From: a virus
Length of the DNA stretch: 64,000 nucleotides
Virus record (IMG/VR): IMGVR_UViG_3300045918_000146
Span: 1 to 64,000 of that record
Direction: 5' to 3' (one strand)
A program made the position numbers and the translations under genes. Positions 9,962-19,010 of this stretch are shown here, piece by piece. Under the pieces are notes generated by a model that saw only the letters and a list, made by a program, of their open reading frames with translations, ran no database searches and was not told the origin of the DNA. Positions within the stretch are counted from its first letter, which is position 1. Each line of letters begins with the position of its first letter.

Positions 9962-10519
9962 ATGGCACTAATAGATTTAATCCCAACAAATTTACAAGCT
10001 AAAGTTACTGAGTATGCAATATTATCATTTATACTACTAATAGTATTAGTTGGTACTTGGTATTCCGGTTTTCATTATGAAAGTGATAAGTGGAAAGATG
10101 CAATTAATGCTGCAAACATTAAAGGTGTTAAAATAAACTCAGCAGCGTCGGCCATATCTGCAGAAGTTAGAGTAGTATATCTTGATAGAATTAAAACGAT
10201 TACATTGAAGGGGAAGGATATTATTCGTAACGTACCAGTATATGTAGATAATAAATCGGATGCTAACTGTATAATAAATGAAGGAACTGTTACTATTTTA
10301 AATAATGCTGCAAAGAACGAAAATGTAAACGCAGATATATCTGCGTCGGGCATTGCAGCTAATGAAGCACCTGCAAATATTAAACTTAGCGAGCTAAATG
10401 CTGAAATTATAAATAATTATAATACATATAATAAAGTTAAAGAACAACTAATAAGTTTACAAAATTGGGTCATTGAGCAAGAAAAAAATAACCCCCAACC
10501 AAAATCTTTTCTCCCATAA
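9962..10519 (+). CDS. Rz-like inner-membrane spanin
   Basis: N-terminal TM, periplasmic helical region, ends QLISLQNWV; follows the endolysin. Confidence 0.7.
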   Translation: MALIDLIPTNLQAKVTEYAILSFILLIVLVGTWYSGFHYESDKWKDAINAANIKGVKINSAASAISAEVRVVYLDRIKTITLKGKDIIRNVPVYVDNKSDANCIINEGTVTILNNAAKNENVNADISASGIAANEAPANIKLSELNAEIINNYNTYNKVKEQLISLQNWVIEQEKNNPQPKSFLP

Positions 10520-10530
10520 AGGACGATAAC

Positions 10531-10713
10531 ATGTATAAAATAATCTCAACCATAGTATTGCCGTTACTATTACTTGGATGTAAAACTAATCCAGTTATGA
10601 CACCGTTTCCGATTCCCCCAGCTGAACTCATGGTAAGACCACCTGAGTTAAAATTAATTGACGTACGACCTACATCATCTGTATTAGTATCTATTAATAA
10701 ATCTCCCAAATAA
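10531..10713 (+). CDS. Rz1-like outer-membrane spanin lipoprotein
   Basis: Lipobox LLLLGC, Pro-rich PFPIPPAELMVRPP. Confidence 0.75.
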   Translation: MYKIISTIVLPLLLLGCKTNPVMTPFPIPPAELMVRPPELKLIDVRPTSSVLVSINKSPK

Positions 10714-10728
10714 CAAAATATAACTATT

Positions 10729-11235
10729 ATGACAGGGCATAAGTATAACAATCCACAACGTAAAGATTATGATAATCATATTATCCAACGTTTCTGGAGA
10801 CCAATGATGGCGTGGATGTACGGTATTGTGTGTTTATGGGATTTTTTATTAGCACCTATATTTTTTGCATGGTATGCATACTTTACGCATACCAATTTAG
10901 TAGTCTGGGTGCCGCTAACAACACAAGGCGGTGGTTTATTCCATCTTTCAATGGGAGCTATAGTTGGTGTAAATAGTTATTCAAAAACACAAGAAAGAGT
11001 AGCTATAACTAATAACCAATCTTCTAATAGTTTTGGACAATCCGGAGGGCTTAGTCAATTTAATCAACCTAGTGGTTTTGGACAATCCGGACAAGTAGTA
11101 GATACAACTACAGTTGAAACATTTAGTCAAAGTGGCAGTAGTCAACAGAGCTCAGTTAATAACTCACCATTGAAGACAGCTACTAAAAAAGTGCGTCCAA
11201 TTCAGCAATCAACCGACCCTGATCCAATACTATAA
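10729..11235 (+). CDS. putative holin (GTA 3TM-holin-like)
   Basis: WRPMMAWMYGIVCLWDFLLAP...GGLFHLSMGAIVGV; low-complexity Q/S/G tail; sits in the lysis cluster. Confidence 0.65.
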   Translation: MTGHKYNNPQRKDYDNHIIQRFWRPMMAWMYGIVCLWDFLLAPIFFAWYAYFTHTNLVVWVPLTTQGGGLFHLSMGAIVGVNSYSKTQERVAITNNQSSNSFGQSGGLSQFNQPSGFGQSGQVVDTTTVETFSQSGSSQQSSVNNSPLKTATKKVRPIQQSTDPDPIL

Positions 11236-11251
11236 TTTGGTTAACAAAAAC

Positions 11252-11280
11252 TTGACTGAATGATTATAACAGCTTATAAT
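11252..11280 (+). promoter_or_regulatory. sigma70-type promoter
   Basis: TTGACT-17-TATAAT. Confidence 0.75.
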
Positions 11281-11432
11281 TAATTCATGCATAGTAGAGT
11301 ATACAAAAACTTACTAATACCTGGTTTGAATAAAACAGGTTACTAAACCAAGATACAGAGGAGTAGATCTATTTGAAAGTAGCTCCCCAAAAATACAAGA
11401 AACATTTAATAAGATTTTACGTAGGATAGAAA

Positions 11433-12290
11433 ATGACAAATCATTATGAAACTCTAGGTGTTGATAAAAATGCCTCCACAGAAGAAATTAAAAAAGCTTA
11501 TCGAAAGCTAGCATCAACATATCACCCCGACAAAGCAGGGGGAGATACCGAAAAATTTAAGTCAATTCAGGTAGCATATGACACAATAAGTGATCCACAA
11601 AAAAAGAATCAATATGATCAAGAGTTATCAGGAGTAGGGCATAGACAATTCCATTTCCATGCTAGCGGAATGAATCCAGAAGATATGATGGGCGGAGACG
11701 TATTTGAACATTTACGTAGACAATTTGGGTTTGATCCTTTTGGTCATCATCAACAACAACCTCAACGTCCTCAAAATAGAGATATCCGAGTTATGGTAGT
11801 AGTCGATCTAGTAGATACTTTAAAAGAACAGAAAAAAACATTAAACGTTTCTATTGGAGGTACACATAACGAAACAATTGAGATTACTATTCCAAGAGGA
11901 ATCCATAACGGTGCAACTATAAAGTATCCTGGATTAGGAGATAAATCTATTTCTAATTGTCCTAAAGGAGACTTGTATGTTCAATTTCAAATTAATTCGC
12001 ATCCTAACTTTGAACAATACGGTATTGACTTATATACTAAAACTACAATAAACTGTATTGATGCTATGATAGGATGTGAAAAAGAAGTCGTTGGTATAGA
12101 TGGTAAGGTATTTAAATTAACTATACCTTCTGGTACTCAAGCAGGTACGAAAATGGGAATACCTGACGAAGGCCTATATGCTCCACAACAAGCTATCCGT
12201 GGTAAGTTGATCGTGCATATTGAAATCTTTGTTCCATCGGTAACAAATGAGCAAATATCTATACTTAGAACAGTTCAATCACTAGTGTAA
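11433..12290 (+). CDS. dnaJ: DnaJ/CbpA-type co-chaperone (no Zn finger)
   Basis: J domain with HPD, G/F-rich linker, C-terminal GDLYV domain. Confidence 0.92.
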   Translation: MTNHYETLGVDKNASTEEIKKAYRKLASTYHPDKAGGDTEKFKSIQVAYDTISDPQKKNQYDQELSGVGHRQFHFHASGMNPEDMMGGDVFEHLRRQFGFDPFGHHQQQPQRPQNRDIRVMVVVDLVDTLKEQKKTLNVSIGGTHNETIEITIPRGIHNGATIKYPGLGDKSISNCPKGDLYVQFQINSHPNFEQYGIDLYTKTTINCIDAMIGCEKEVVGIDGKVFKLTIPSGTQAGTKMGIPDEGLYAPQQAIRGKLIVHIEIFVPSVTNEQISILRTVQSLV

Positions 12291-12334
12291 TTATTTTTGT
12301 CGAATTAAAAGTTAACTAACTGTAGGAAAATAAT

Positions 12335-14635
12335 ATGATCAATTCAAATCCAGAAATTGAAGTTATAGTATCTAATGCAACTAATAGTGCTAAAAGTTCT
12401 TACCACGAGTATGTAACGTTAGAACATCTAACACTAGCATTGATTAACTATAAACCATTTAACCAACTAATAGTTGATTTTGGTGTAGATGTTCTATCCT
12501 TACAACAAGAATTAAATACATATTTAGCATCTCAACAATATTTAATTAGTAAAAACCCAGATTACGAAACACCACGTAGAACACATGCACTAGAAAGAGT
12601 CTTTAATCGTGCATTTACGCAGGTATTGTTCAGTGGTCGAAATACTATGCAAGTTATAGACGTATTTGTTAGTGTAGCTGGAGAACAACATAGTTTTACA
12701 CAATATCTTTATGCAAAGTATGGACTTGATAGACAAGGGCTAATTGATTTCTATAAGAAAAATTATAACGAAGCAAAAAGTTCAAAAACTGCTATGTCAT
12801 CAAAAGCTGACCAAATACTCGAAGAGTACTGTACTGATCTTAATAAGAGAGCAATTGAAGGTAAAATAGACCCTGTTATCGGAAGAGATAATGAGCTTGA
12901 AGAAATATCAGAGACATTGGCACGTCGAGGTAAAGCTAACGTTCTTATTATAGGTTCCGAAGGCATAGGTAAGACTGCGATCGCAGAAGGCCTAGCACTA
13001 CATATAGTAAATAAGCAAGTTCCTGATTATCTATACGAGTATACAGTATATAATCTTGATATTGGGTCTCTACTTGCAGGTAGTAAGTATAGAGGTGAAT
13101 TTGAAGAAAAGCTAAAAGACGTTTTAAAGGCACTTGATCAAAAAGGAAAAACGATCTTATTCATAGACGAAGCACACCAAATGCGTGGAGCAGGTGCTGG
13201 ATCTGGAGGATCTTCGGTAGACTTTGCAAATATGATTAAACCTGCTTTAACAAAAGGTAATATTAAAGTTATTGCGTCTACTACATGGGCTGAATATACA
13301 CAATCCTTTGAAAAGGATCGTGCTTTAATGAGACGGTTTCATAAACTGGTTATTGAAGAACCTACACCAGCAGTAGCAAAAGACATTTTACGTGGGTTAA
13401 AAACACACTTTGAAAAATTCCATAATGGTACGATAGATGATACAGCAATTGAAGCTGCTGTAGATTTGTCAGTACGCTATCAAACAGATAAGCGTTTACC
13501 AGATAAGGCAATTGATTTGATAGATACCGCATGTGCTAAGATGCGTATTAAGAATGCACCATTTACCATTACAAGATCAAACATTGTTGATACTATTAGC
13601 AAATTTACGAAGATACCAGCCGACCAAATAGGGTCAGAACATACAACAACTTCCCTCGAAGGCTTAGAAGAAAACGTAAAATCACAAGTGTTTGGACAAG
13701 ATAAAACAATAGATGAAATCTTAGAGAAAATCTACGTTGCTAGGGCAGGATTAAAGTCTATTAATAAGCCAGTTGGATGTTTCTTATTTACAGGCCCAAC
13801 AGGAACAGGAAAATCATTGACTGCAAAGGCACTAGCAGAAAACTTAAATATGAAGTTGATCAGGTTCGACATGGGAGAATTCCAAGAACGTCATTCGGTT
13901 GCAAAGTTAATAGGTGCTCCTCCGGGGTATATTGGTTATGAGGACAGTAACCTAGGTGGTGGATTATTAATTAGTGAAATTGAGAAAAATCCTAATTCAA
14001 TTATCTTATTTGACGAGATAGAAAAAGCACACCCTGACGTATCTAATATCTTATTATCGTTAATGGATGAAGGTGTTGTAACTAGCAGTAATGGTAAAAA
14101 AGCAGACGCTAGAAATACAATTATTATATTAACATCTAACCTCGGCGCAGTTGAAAGCGAAAAGCACTCAATTGGCTTTGGACATAATGTAAAAACAGAC
14201 GAAGATGATAAGGCACTCAAGGAATTTTTTAAGCCAGAGTTTAGAAATAGGTTAGATGGTGTGTGTCGTTTTAATAAATTAACGACTACCGATATAAAGA
14301 AAATTGTAGATAAAGGTATACACGAAATTAACGACTTATTAAGTGATAAACATATTAAGATTACACTTACTGACATCGCTATAGAGTATCTAGCCGATAA
14401 AGGATTTGATGCTAAAATGGGTGCAAGACCAATGGCACGTAAGATCAATACGTTAATAAAAGTTCCTTTGAGTAAGAAGATATTATTTGATCACATATCT
14501 AATGGTTCAAGCATAGTAGTAGACATTGTGAACAACGAAGCAACATTTGTAGTTACTGAACCTTTAGTGTCACAAATATTGTTAGGTAATAACACTAAAC
14601 CAACAGTTGATGTTAATGGATATGTGGTTGTTTGA
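12335..14635 (+). CDS. clpA: ClpA-like AAA+ unfoldase
   Basis: Clp N domain; two NBDs (GSEGIGKT/FIDEAH; GPTGTGKS/FDEIEKAHP); SIGFG ClpP-docking loop; no ClpB M-domain. Confidence 0.9.
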   Translation: MINSNPEIEVIVSNATNSAKSSYHEYVTLEHLTLALINYKPFNQLIVDFGVDVLSLQQELNTYLASQQYLISKNPDYETPRRTHALERVFNRAFTQVLFSGRNTMQVIDVFVSVAGEQHSFTQYLYAKYGLDRQGLIDFYKKNYNEAKSSKTAMSSKADQILEEYCTDLNKRAIEGKIDPVIGRDNELEEISETLARRGKANVLIIGSEGIGKTAIAEGLALHIVNKQVPDYLYEYTVYNLDIGSLLAGSKYRGEFEEKLKDVLKALDQKGKTILFIDEAHQMRGAGAGSGGSSVDFANMIKPALTKGNIKVIASTTWAEYTQSFEKDRALMRRFHKLVIEEPTPAVAKDILRGLKTHFEKFHNGTIDDTAIEAAVDLSVRYQTDKRLPDKAIDLIDTACAKMRIKNAPFTITRSNIVDTISKFTKIPADQIGSEHTTTSLEGLEENVKSQVFGQDKTIDEILEKIYVARAGLKSINKPVGCFLFTGPTGTGKSLTAKALAENLNMKLIRFDMGEFQERHSVAKLIGAPPGYIGYEDSNLGGGLLISEIEKNPNSIILFDEIEKAHPDVSNILLSLMDEGVVTSSNGKKADARNTIIILTSNLGAVESEKHSIGFGHNVKTDEDDKALKEFFKPEFRNRLDGVCRFNKLTTTDIKKIVDKGIHEINDLLSDKHIKITLTDIAIEYLADKGFDAKMGARPMARKINTLIKVPLSKKILFDHISNGSSIVVDIVNNEATFVVTEPLVSQILLGNNTKPTVDVNGYVVV

Positions 14636-15396
14636 TAACTATGGAAGATATTAAATGGCACAACTTAGTAGAACCTATTAAGTTACTTAATACCAATAAG
14701 ACTTATTTTGGTAAGTATCTATACAGGGTTGAATTTAAGTCACCCGGCGTTTATTGGCTTAGATACCCATTAGAACATAAGTTAAAGTTCAACACACCTA
14801 AGTTATTTGAAGATTATATTGCAAATAAGCAAACAGTAGTTAAACAACAAATTAAAATTAATAATTATGGCAATGTTTCTTATTATGGTACTAAGGCTTT
14901 ACTGTCGGTAAACATTAGTTTCTTACATGATCTGTTTCAAGTGAGATGCAAATTAGATAATATTAGACATAGAATCGAAGGGGAAAGATTTCAGATCTAC
15001 ACTGAAACAGAAGACCAGCTAACTAAGATTTTAGAAATTTTAAGTCAATATAAAGATACTATAATTTCTGTACATCGTCCTGTATCTGACCATGTTAAAT
15101 TAAAATTAGAGAATAATGTTATCTTCATAAAATATCCTAAGTTTAACTTTAGAGTTCATGTTAAAAGTGAATCATATTCGTTAACCACTAGAAAACAAAT
15201 TTTAAATTACATAAGTAATTTCCCAGATAGTATATCTGTATCTGGAAAAATAGAAAAGCAACTTAATTCAACGAAAGAGAAAGAATATATACGTGGTTAC
15301 TATTATACTAACGATACAGAAAATTTAATTTTTCTTAGGTTAATATCTCATCAATTTGTAGGGAAAATATTTCGCCTGGAGTCGAGCAACGAATAA
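14632..15396 (+). CDS. hypothetical protein
   Basis: 254-aa ORF coupled to clpA. Confidence 0.7.
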   Translation: MITMEDIKWHNLVEPIKLLNTNKTYFGKYLYRVEFKSPGVYWLRYPLEHKLKFNTPKLFEDYIANKQTVVKQQIKINNYGNVSYYGTKALLSVNISFLHDLFQVRCKLDNIRHRIEGERFQIYTETEDQLTKILEILSQYKDTIISVHRPVSDHVKLKLENNVIFIKYPKFNFRVHVKSESYSLTTRKQILNYISNFPDSISVSGKIEKQLNSTKEKEYIRGYYYTNDTENLIFLRLISHQFVGKIFRLESSNE

Positions 15397-15424
15397 ATAT
15401 ATACATATATTTAAGGATACGTAT

Positions 15425-15598
15425 ATGGCACAAATAATTGAAGAAAATATTATTATTAAAATTAGTCAGATTGCTAAAGATGGTATAAAAGCACAAACGG
15501 TTGTTAGTGACGAGTTACTATCTACACTTGAATCTGTAACGCAAGAATTACTAGGAAATAGTGCAGTGGTTGAAGTTGAACAGGTACCGTTGCAATAA
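15425..15598 (+). CDS. small late protein (57 aa, not in ORF track)
   Basis: ATAAATA at 15393, AAGGA RBS, MAQIIEENIIIKISQIAKD..., TAATG overlap. Confidence 0.7.
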   Translation: MAQIIEENIIIKISQIAKDGIKAQTVVSDELLSTLESVTQELLGNSAVVEVEQVPLQ

Positions 15599-15978
15599 TG
15601 GCTAATATTGCTCTAACACTAATACCAAGTTTAACTCCTGTATCGACAATATCTACCGGACAAACTATTACTTTTCCATATTATGGGGATAAAGTTAAGG
15701 GATCTGGTTATTATGGTCAAACAGACCCGGTTCATACTGTACAATATTCGTCTAGTAACAATTTTACCGGGATGATTAATATTCAAGGTACATTGGAAAG
15801 AGAGCCAACAGATGCAGATTGGTATAATATTCAAGGTACATCATTAGGCAATGGTATTACGCCGGTATTTAACCAAACATTATCTGCAAATTTTTATGGT
15901 AACCATGTATGGGTTAGAGCAGTAATTAATTCGTTTATCTCTGGTGCTATAAATTCAGTACTACTCACACACAATTAA
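15598..15978 (+). CDS. putative virion structural protein
   Basis: Beta-rich composition high in G/T/N/S; in a late operon. Confidence 0.6.
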   Translation: MANIALTLIPSLTPVSTISTGQTITFPYYGDKVKGSGYYGQTDPVHTVQYSSSNNFTGMINIQGTLEREPTDADWYNIQGTSLGNGITPVFNQTLSANFYGNHVWVRAVINSFISGAINSVLLTHN

Positions 15979-15996
15979 TTTACAAAAGAGGGAACT

Positions 15997-16890
15997 ATGT
16001 CAACAAAAAAGAAGTCAAAAGGAAACAACGCGGCAGCAACACAAAATACAGCACCAATAGTATTACCTAAATCTGATTACCGGTTAAGTGGGGAATCGAA
16101 GACGCATACTGACGTAGTAGGCGAAATTAGAAAAATCCAAGCAGAACAAGCGGTAGCAAGTGCTAATGCTGCTCCGGGAGTACCATTTGATTTTTCAAAA
16201 GTTCATCTTCATCTTGGAATGCCGTGTTATGGCGGGTTAGTACTCGAATCTACTATGACTTCGTTCATTAAATTTATACTAATGGCAAATAAGATTGGAC
16301 TCTCCTGGTCATTTGATACTATGGTAAATGAGAGTCTTATTACACGTGGTCGTAATAACTTAATGGCAAAGATGATATATAATAAAGCTGCTACGCACTT
16401 TATGTTCATTGATGCAGATATAAAATTCGATCCGGAATCAATATTTCATATGATTGCCGCAGATAAGGATATCATAGCCGGAGCTTATCCTAAAAAGTCA
16501 TTGCCGATCCAAGTGAACCTAAACTTAAAGCAACAAACAAAAATTCAAGGTCCACTATTTACAGTAGATACAGCAGCCACAGGGTTCCTACTTTTCAAAC
16601 GTAAAGTATACGAAGACCTAATCGCTGCACATCCAAATACAAAATATGTAGACGACATTGGTCTCGGCAAACAATACGAACCTTTTATGTATGCAATTTT
16701 CGATTGTTATATCGACGAGAAAGGTCATTATTTGTCGGAGGATTGGGCTTTCTGTCGTAGAGCAGATAAGTTAGGCTATGACATTTGGATGGATAGTCGA
16801 GTTAAACTTGATCATGTAGGAACCTATACATTCTGTGGTGATCTAGATTTAATAGGAAGTCAATTAGGAGGAGCAATACCTAAAGTTTAA
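15997..16890 (+). CDS. GT-A fold glycosyltransferase
   Basis: GMPCYGG, ESLITRGRN, FMFIDADI (DxD), AGAYPKK, LSEDWAFCRR, LDHVG. Confidence 0.85.
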   Translation: MSTKKKSKGNNAAATQNTAPIVLPKSDYRLSGESKTHTDVVGEIRKIQAEQAVASANAAPGVPFDFSKVHLHLGMPCYGGLVLESTMTSFIKFILMANKIGLSWSFDTMVNESLITRGRNNLMAKMIYNKAATHFMFIDADIKFDPESIFHMIAADKDIIAGAYPKKSLPIQVNLNLKQQTKIQGPLFTVDTAATGFLLFKRKVYEDLIAAHPNTKYVDDIGLGKQYEPFMYAIFDCYIDEKGHYLSEDWAFCRRADKLGYDIWMDSRVKLDHVGTYTFCGDLDLIGSQLGGAIPKV

Positions 16891-16903
16891 AGAGTAATTA
16901 GTT

Positions 16904-16930
16904 AAATGCGGGTTTGAAATCCCGCATTTT
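16904..16930 (+). terminator. rho-independent terminator
   Basis: AAATGCGGG-loop-CCCGCATTTT. Confidence 0.8.
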
Positions 16931-16972
16931 CACGTCGAGAAGAAATATAATGTTAAAGAATGAAAATAAGAC

Positions 16973-17001
16973 TTGACTTTTGCTAGCAACTAATGTATTA
17001 T
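16973..17001 (+). promoter_or_regulatory. sigma70-type promoter
   Basis: TTGACT-17-TATTAT. Confidence 0.7.
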
Positions 17002-17056
17002 AACTATATTAATTACGTTTGGGTTTAAAGATGTCACAACAGTATTTTCAGAATAA

Positions 17057-17839
17057 ATGAGCCTACAATACTTACATAAACCAGCTTATAGTAATTGGTT
17101 AATGCTAGACCCTAATGGTATAGAAATGTGCCGTTGTGCAGATAAACGAGCAAAATGGTACTTGGATCGAAATCTTGCAGATATAGTAAATGAAGATCCC
17201 CCAACCTTTAAACTTAAATTTGCACCAAATGGAAATGGGAATAAAGACGATGCTTATAGTTTGGCTCAAAAGTTTAATAGATGTGCAGTCTGTGGTACAG
17301 AGGACGAATTAACTAAGCATCATATCGTTCCGTATATGTATAGGAAGTGGTTTCCTACTAAATTAAAAGGACGATCAGCACATGATGTAGTCGTTATATG
17401 TGTAACATGTCATGAGAATTACGAAACTAGTGCAATGATATTAAAGAAGCAGATTAGTTTAGAAATCACAAATAACACACAATTAACTACTAAATTAACA
17501 GCTATACAATCACATAATAAGCGTATAGCACGTTTATGCTCTGCACTGTTAAAAGATAGCGGTTCTATTCCAAACAGTAGAAAAGATGAAATTATTTCAA
17601 ATATAACAGAACATTTAGGTTATAAGCCATCTATAACAGATCTTAATAATCTTATAGAAATAAGTAAAGCTCATACTAAATGTAATCAAGATCCAGGTAA
17701 AGAGATTGTTGAATGTGTGATAAAAGATAATAATCTTGACTGTTTCATACGAAGATGGAGACAGCATTTTATTGACATTGCATGTCCAATGTTCATGCCG
17801 GAACATTGGAGTATAGAAAGGAGAAGTAAAATTGAGTAA
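17057..17839 (+). CDS. HNH-like protein resembling the EXD2 C-terminal domain
   Basis: KRAKWYLDRNLA; CAVCG...TKHHIVP..YR; HDVVVICVTCH; FIRRWRQHF. Confidence 0.7.
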   Translation: MSLQYLHKPAYSNWLMLDPNGIEMCRCADKRAKWYLDRNLADIVNEDPPTFKLKFAPNGNGNKDDAYSLAQKFNRCAVCGTEDELTKHHIVPYMYRKWFPTKLKGRSAHDVVVICVTCHENYETSAMILKKQISLEITNNTQLTTKLTAIQSHNKRIARLCSALLKDSGSIPNSRKDEIISNITEHLGYKPSITDLNNLIEISKAHTKCNQDPGKEIVECVIKDNNLDCFIRRWRQHFIDIACPMFMPEHWSIERRSKIE

Positions 17840-18308
17840 ATATGTATTGTTTTGGGGTGGTAATTTCAGCAATTGGGCAAAGAGCGAGTTCACCTATAAA
17901 GGTATAAAGTTCTATACAGCAGAAGGTGCATTTATGTGGGAGAAATCTGTCTGTTTTGGCGATGTTGAAAACGCAAATGCAATATTAAAGATAAAGCAAC
18001 CAGATGTTCAAAAACAACTAGGTAGATGTATATCTGGCTATAACGAAGAAGTTTGGGCAAATGTTAGGTATAGAGTAATGTTAGACGTATGCCGGGAGAA
18101 ATTTACACAGAATAGAAAATTACTAACTGAATTACTTAATACAGGAAGTAAAATTATCGTTGAAGCGAGTCCATATGATACAATCTGGGGAATAGGACTT
18201 GGTGTAGAAGATCCGCGTGCATTAGACGAAACACAATGGCTGGGTCAAAACCTATTAGGTAAGGTTTTAATGGAACTAAGATCTGAATTTGTTACTAGCT
18301 TAGAGTGA
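17832..18308 (+). CDS. NADAR (YbiA-like) family protein
   Basis: FSNW, KQLGR, KFTQN, LLNTG, IVEASPYDTIWGIG, GQNLLGKVLMELR. Confidence 0.92.
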   Translation: MSKYVLFWGGNFSNWAKSEFTYKGIKFYTAEGAFMWEKSVCFGDVENANAILKIKQPDVQKQLGRCISGYNEEVWANVRYRVMLDVCREKFTQNRKLLTELLNTGSKIIVEASPYDTIWGIGLGVEDPRALDETQWLGQNLLGKVLMELRSEFVTSLE

Positions 18309-18327
18309 TTAATATTTAGGATCAACA

Positions 18328-18540
18328 ATGAAAAAAATTAATGAATTAAACCTTAAAAAAAGTAATGAAGTCAATTTAACTGATTGCTCTAAAGGGCAAA
18401 TCATTGATTGGTATCATACTCATACATCAGGGTCACATATACCTAATGAGATATTGGCTCCAAGCCATGCTGCTTTTAAAGAATGGTTCAATGATGTGCA
18501 TACTCTCGCGACAGAAATTTTAGAGTCTGTTAAACAATGA
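18328..18540 (+). CDS. hypothetical protein
   Basis: 70 aa, AGGA RBS. Confidence 0.55.
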   Translation: MKKINELNLKKSNEVNLTDCSKGQIIDWYHTHTSGSHIPNEILAPSHAAFKEWFNDVHTLATEILESVKQ

Positions 18541-18881
18541 GAATTTCCGATATAACGAATGAAAAATCTATAGACGAGGTTAATAACGATCTTAATAACG
18601 ATCTTAATATCTTAATTAAAGACTTAACAGATATTAAACAGCATATACCAGAACTTATTAAAGTACATGGCTACGAAGAAGCAAGAGAAATGATTCTATT
18701 ATTAACCAATAAAGTACCTGATCCAATAACTCATTATTATGTATTTTGGTACAAAACAACAGCGAAATTATTAAATAAGTATAGAAACCTTAAAGATCAA
18801 ATAGAAAATAAGATTAATTCTGGCGTCAATGAAGGAATAAACCTCGCACAAGTCAAATATGACGCTCTACAGTGTATTTGA
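18537..18881 (+). CDS. putative internal head protein (CTS-like N-terminus)
   Basis: Starts MRISDITNE; internal SIDE and VNE-G sites. Confidence 0.55.
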   Translation: MRISDITNEKSIDEVNNDLNNDLNILIKDLTDIKQHIPELIKVHGYEEAREMILLLTNKVPDPITHYYVFWYKTTAKLLNKYRNLKDQIENKINSGVNEGINLAQVKYDALQCI

Positions 18882-18905
18882 TGTACAGTTAATCTCTACA
18901 TATTA

Positions 18906-18944
18906 GTGAACTACTACGGCCCTAAAGGGTACTGCGGGCTTGCC
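18906..18944. mobile_element. degenerate IS200/IS605-family terminal hairpin
   Basis: gtgaactac...ccctaaaggg...gcttg resembles the GTCAACTACCC-CTAAAG-GGGCTTG subterminal motif; no transposase nearby. Confidence 0.4.
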
Positions 18945-18947
18945 GCC

Positions 18948-18983
18948 TAAATGACTAAATTCGCATAAATGACTAAATTCGCA
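18948..18983 (+). repeat. 18-bp direct tandem repeat x2
   Basis: taaatgactaaattcgca twice, directly before the late motif ATAAATA (18983-18989). Confidence 0.9.
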
Positions 18984-19010
18984 TAAATAACTAATATGTA
19001 GGGGTTATAT

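Noticed and set aside
18910-18945. c-di-GMP-I riboswitch
   Set aside because: Only a superficial P2-like segment; the GGCAAA/GACGCAAA elements are missing
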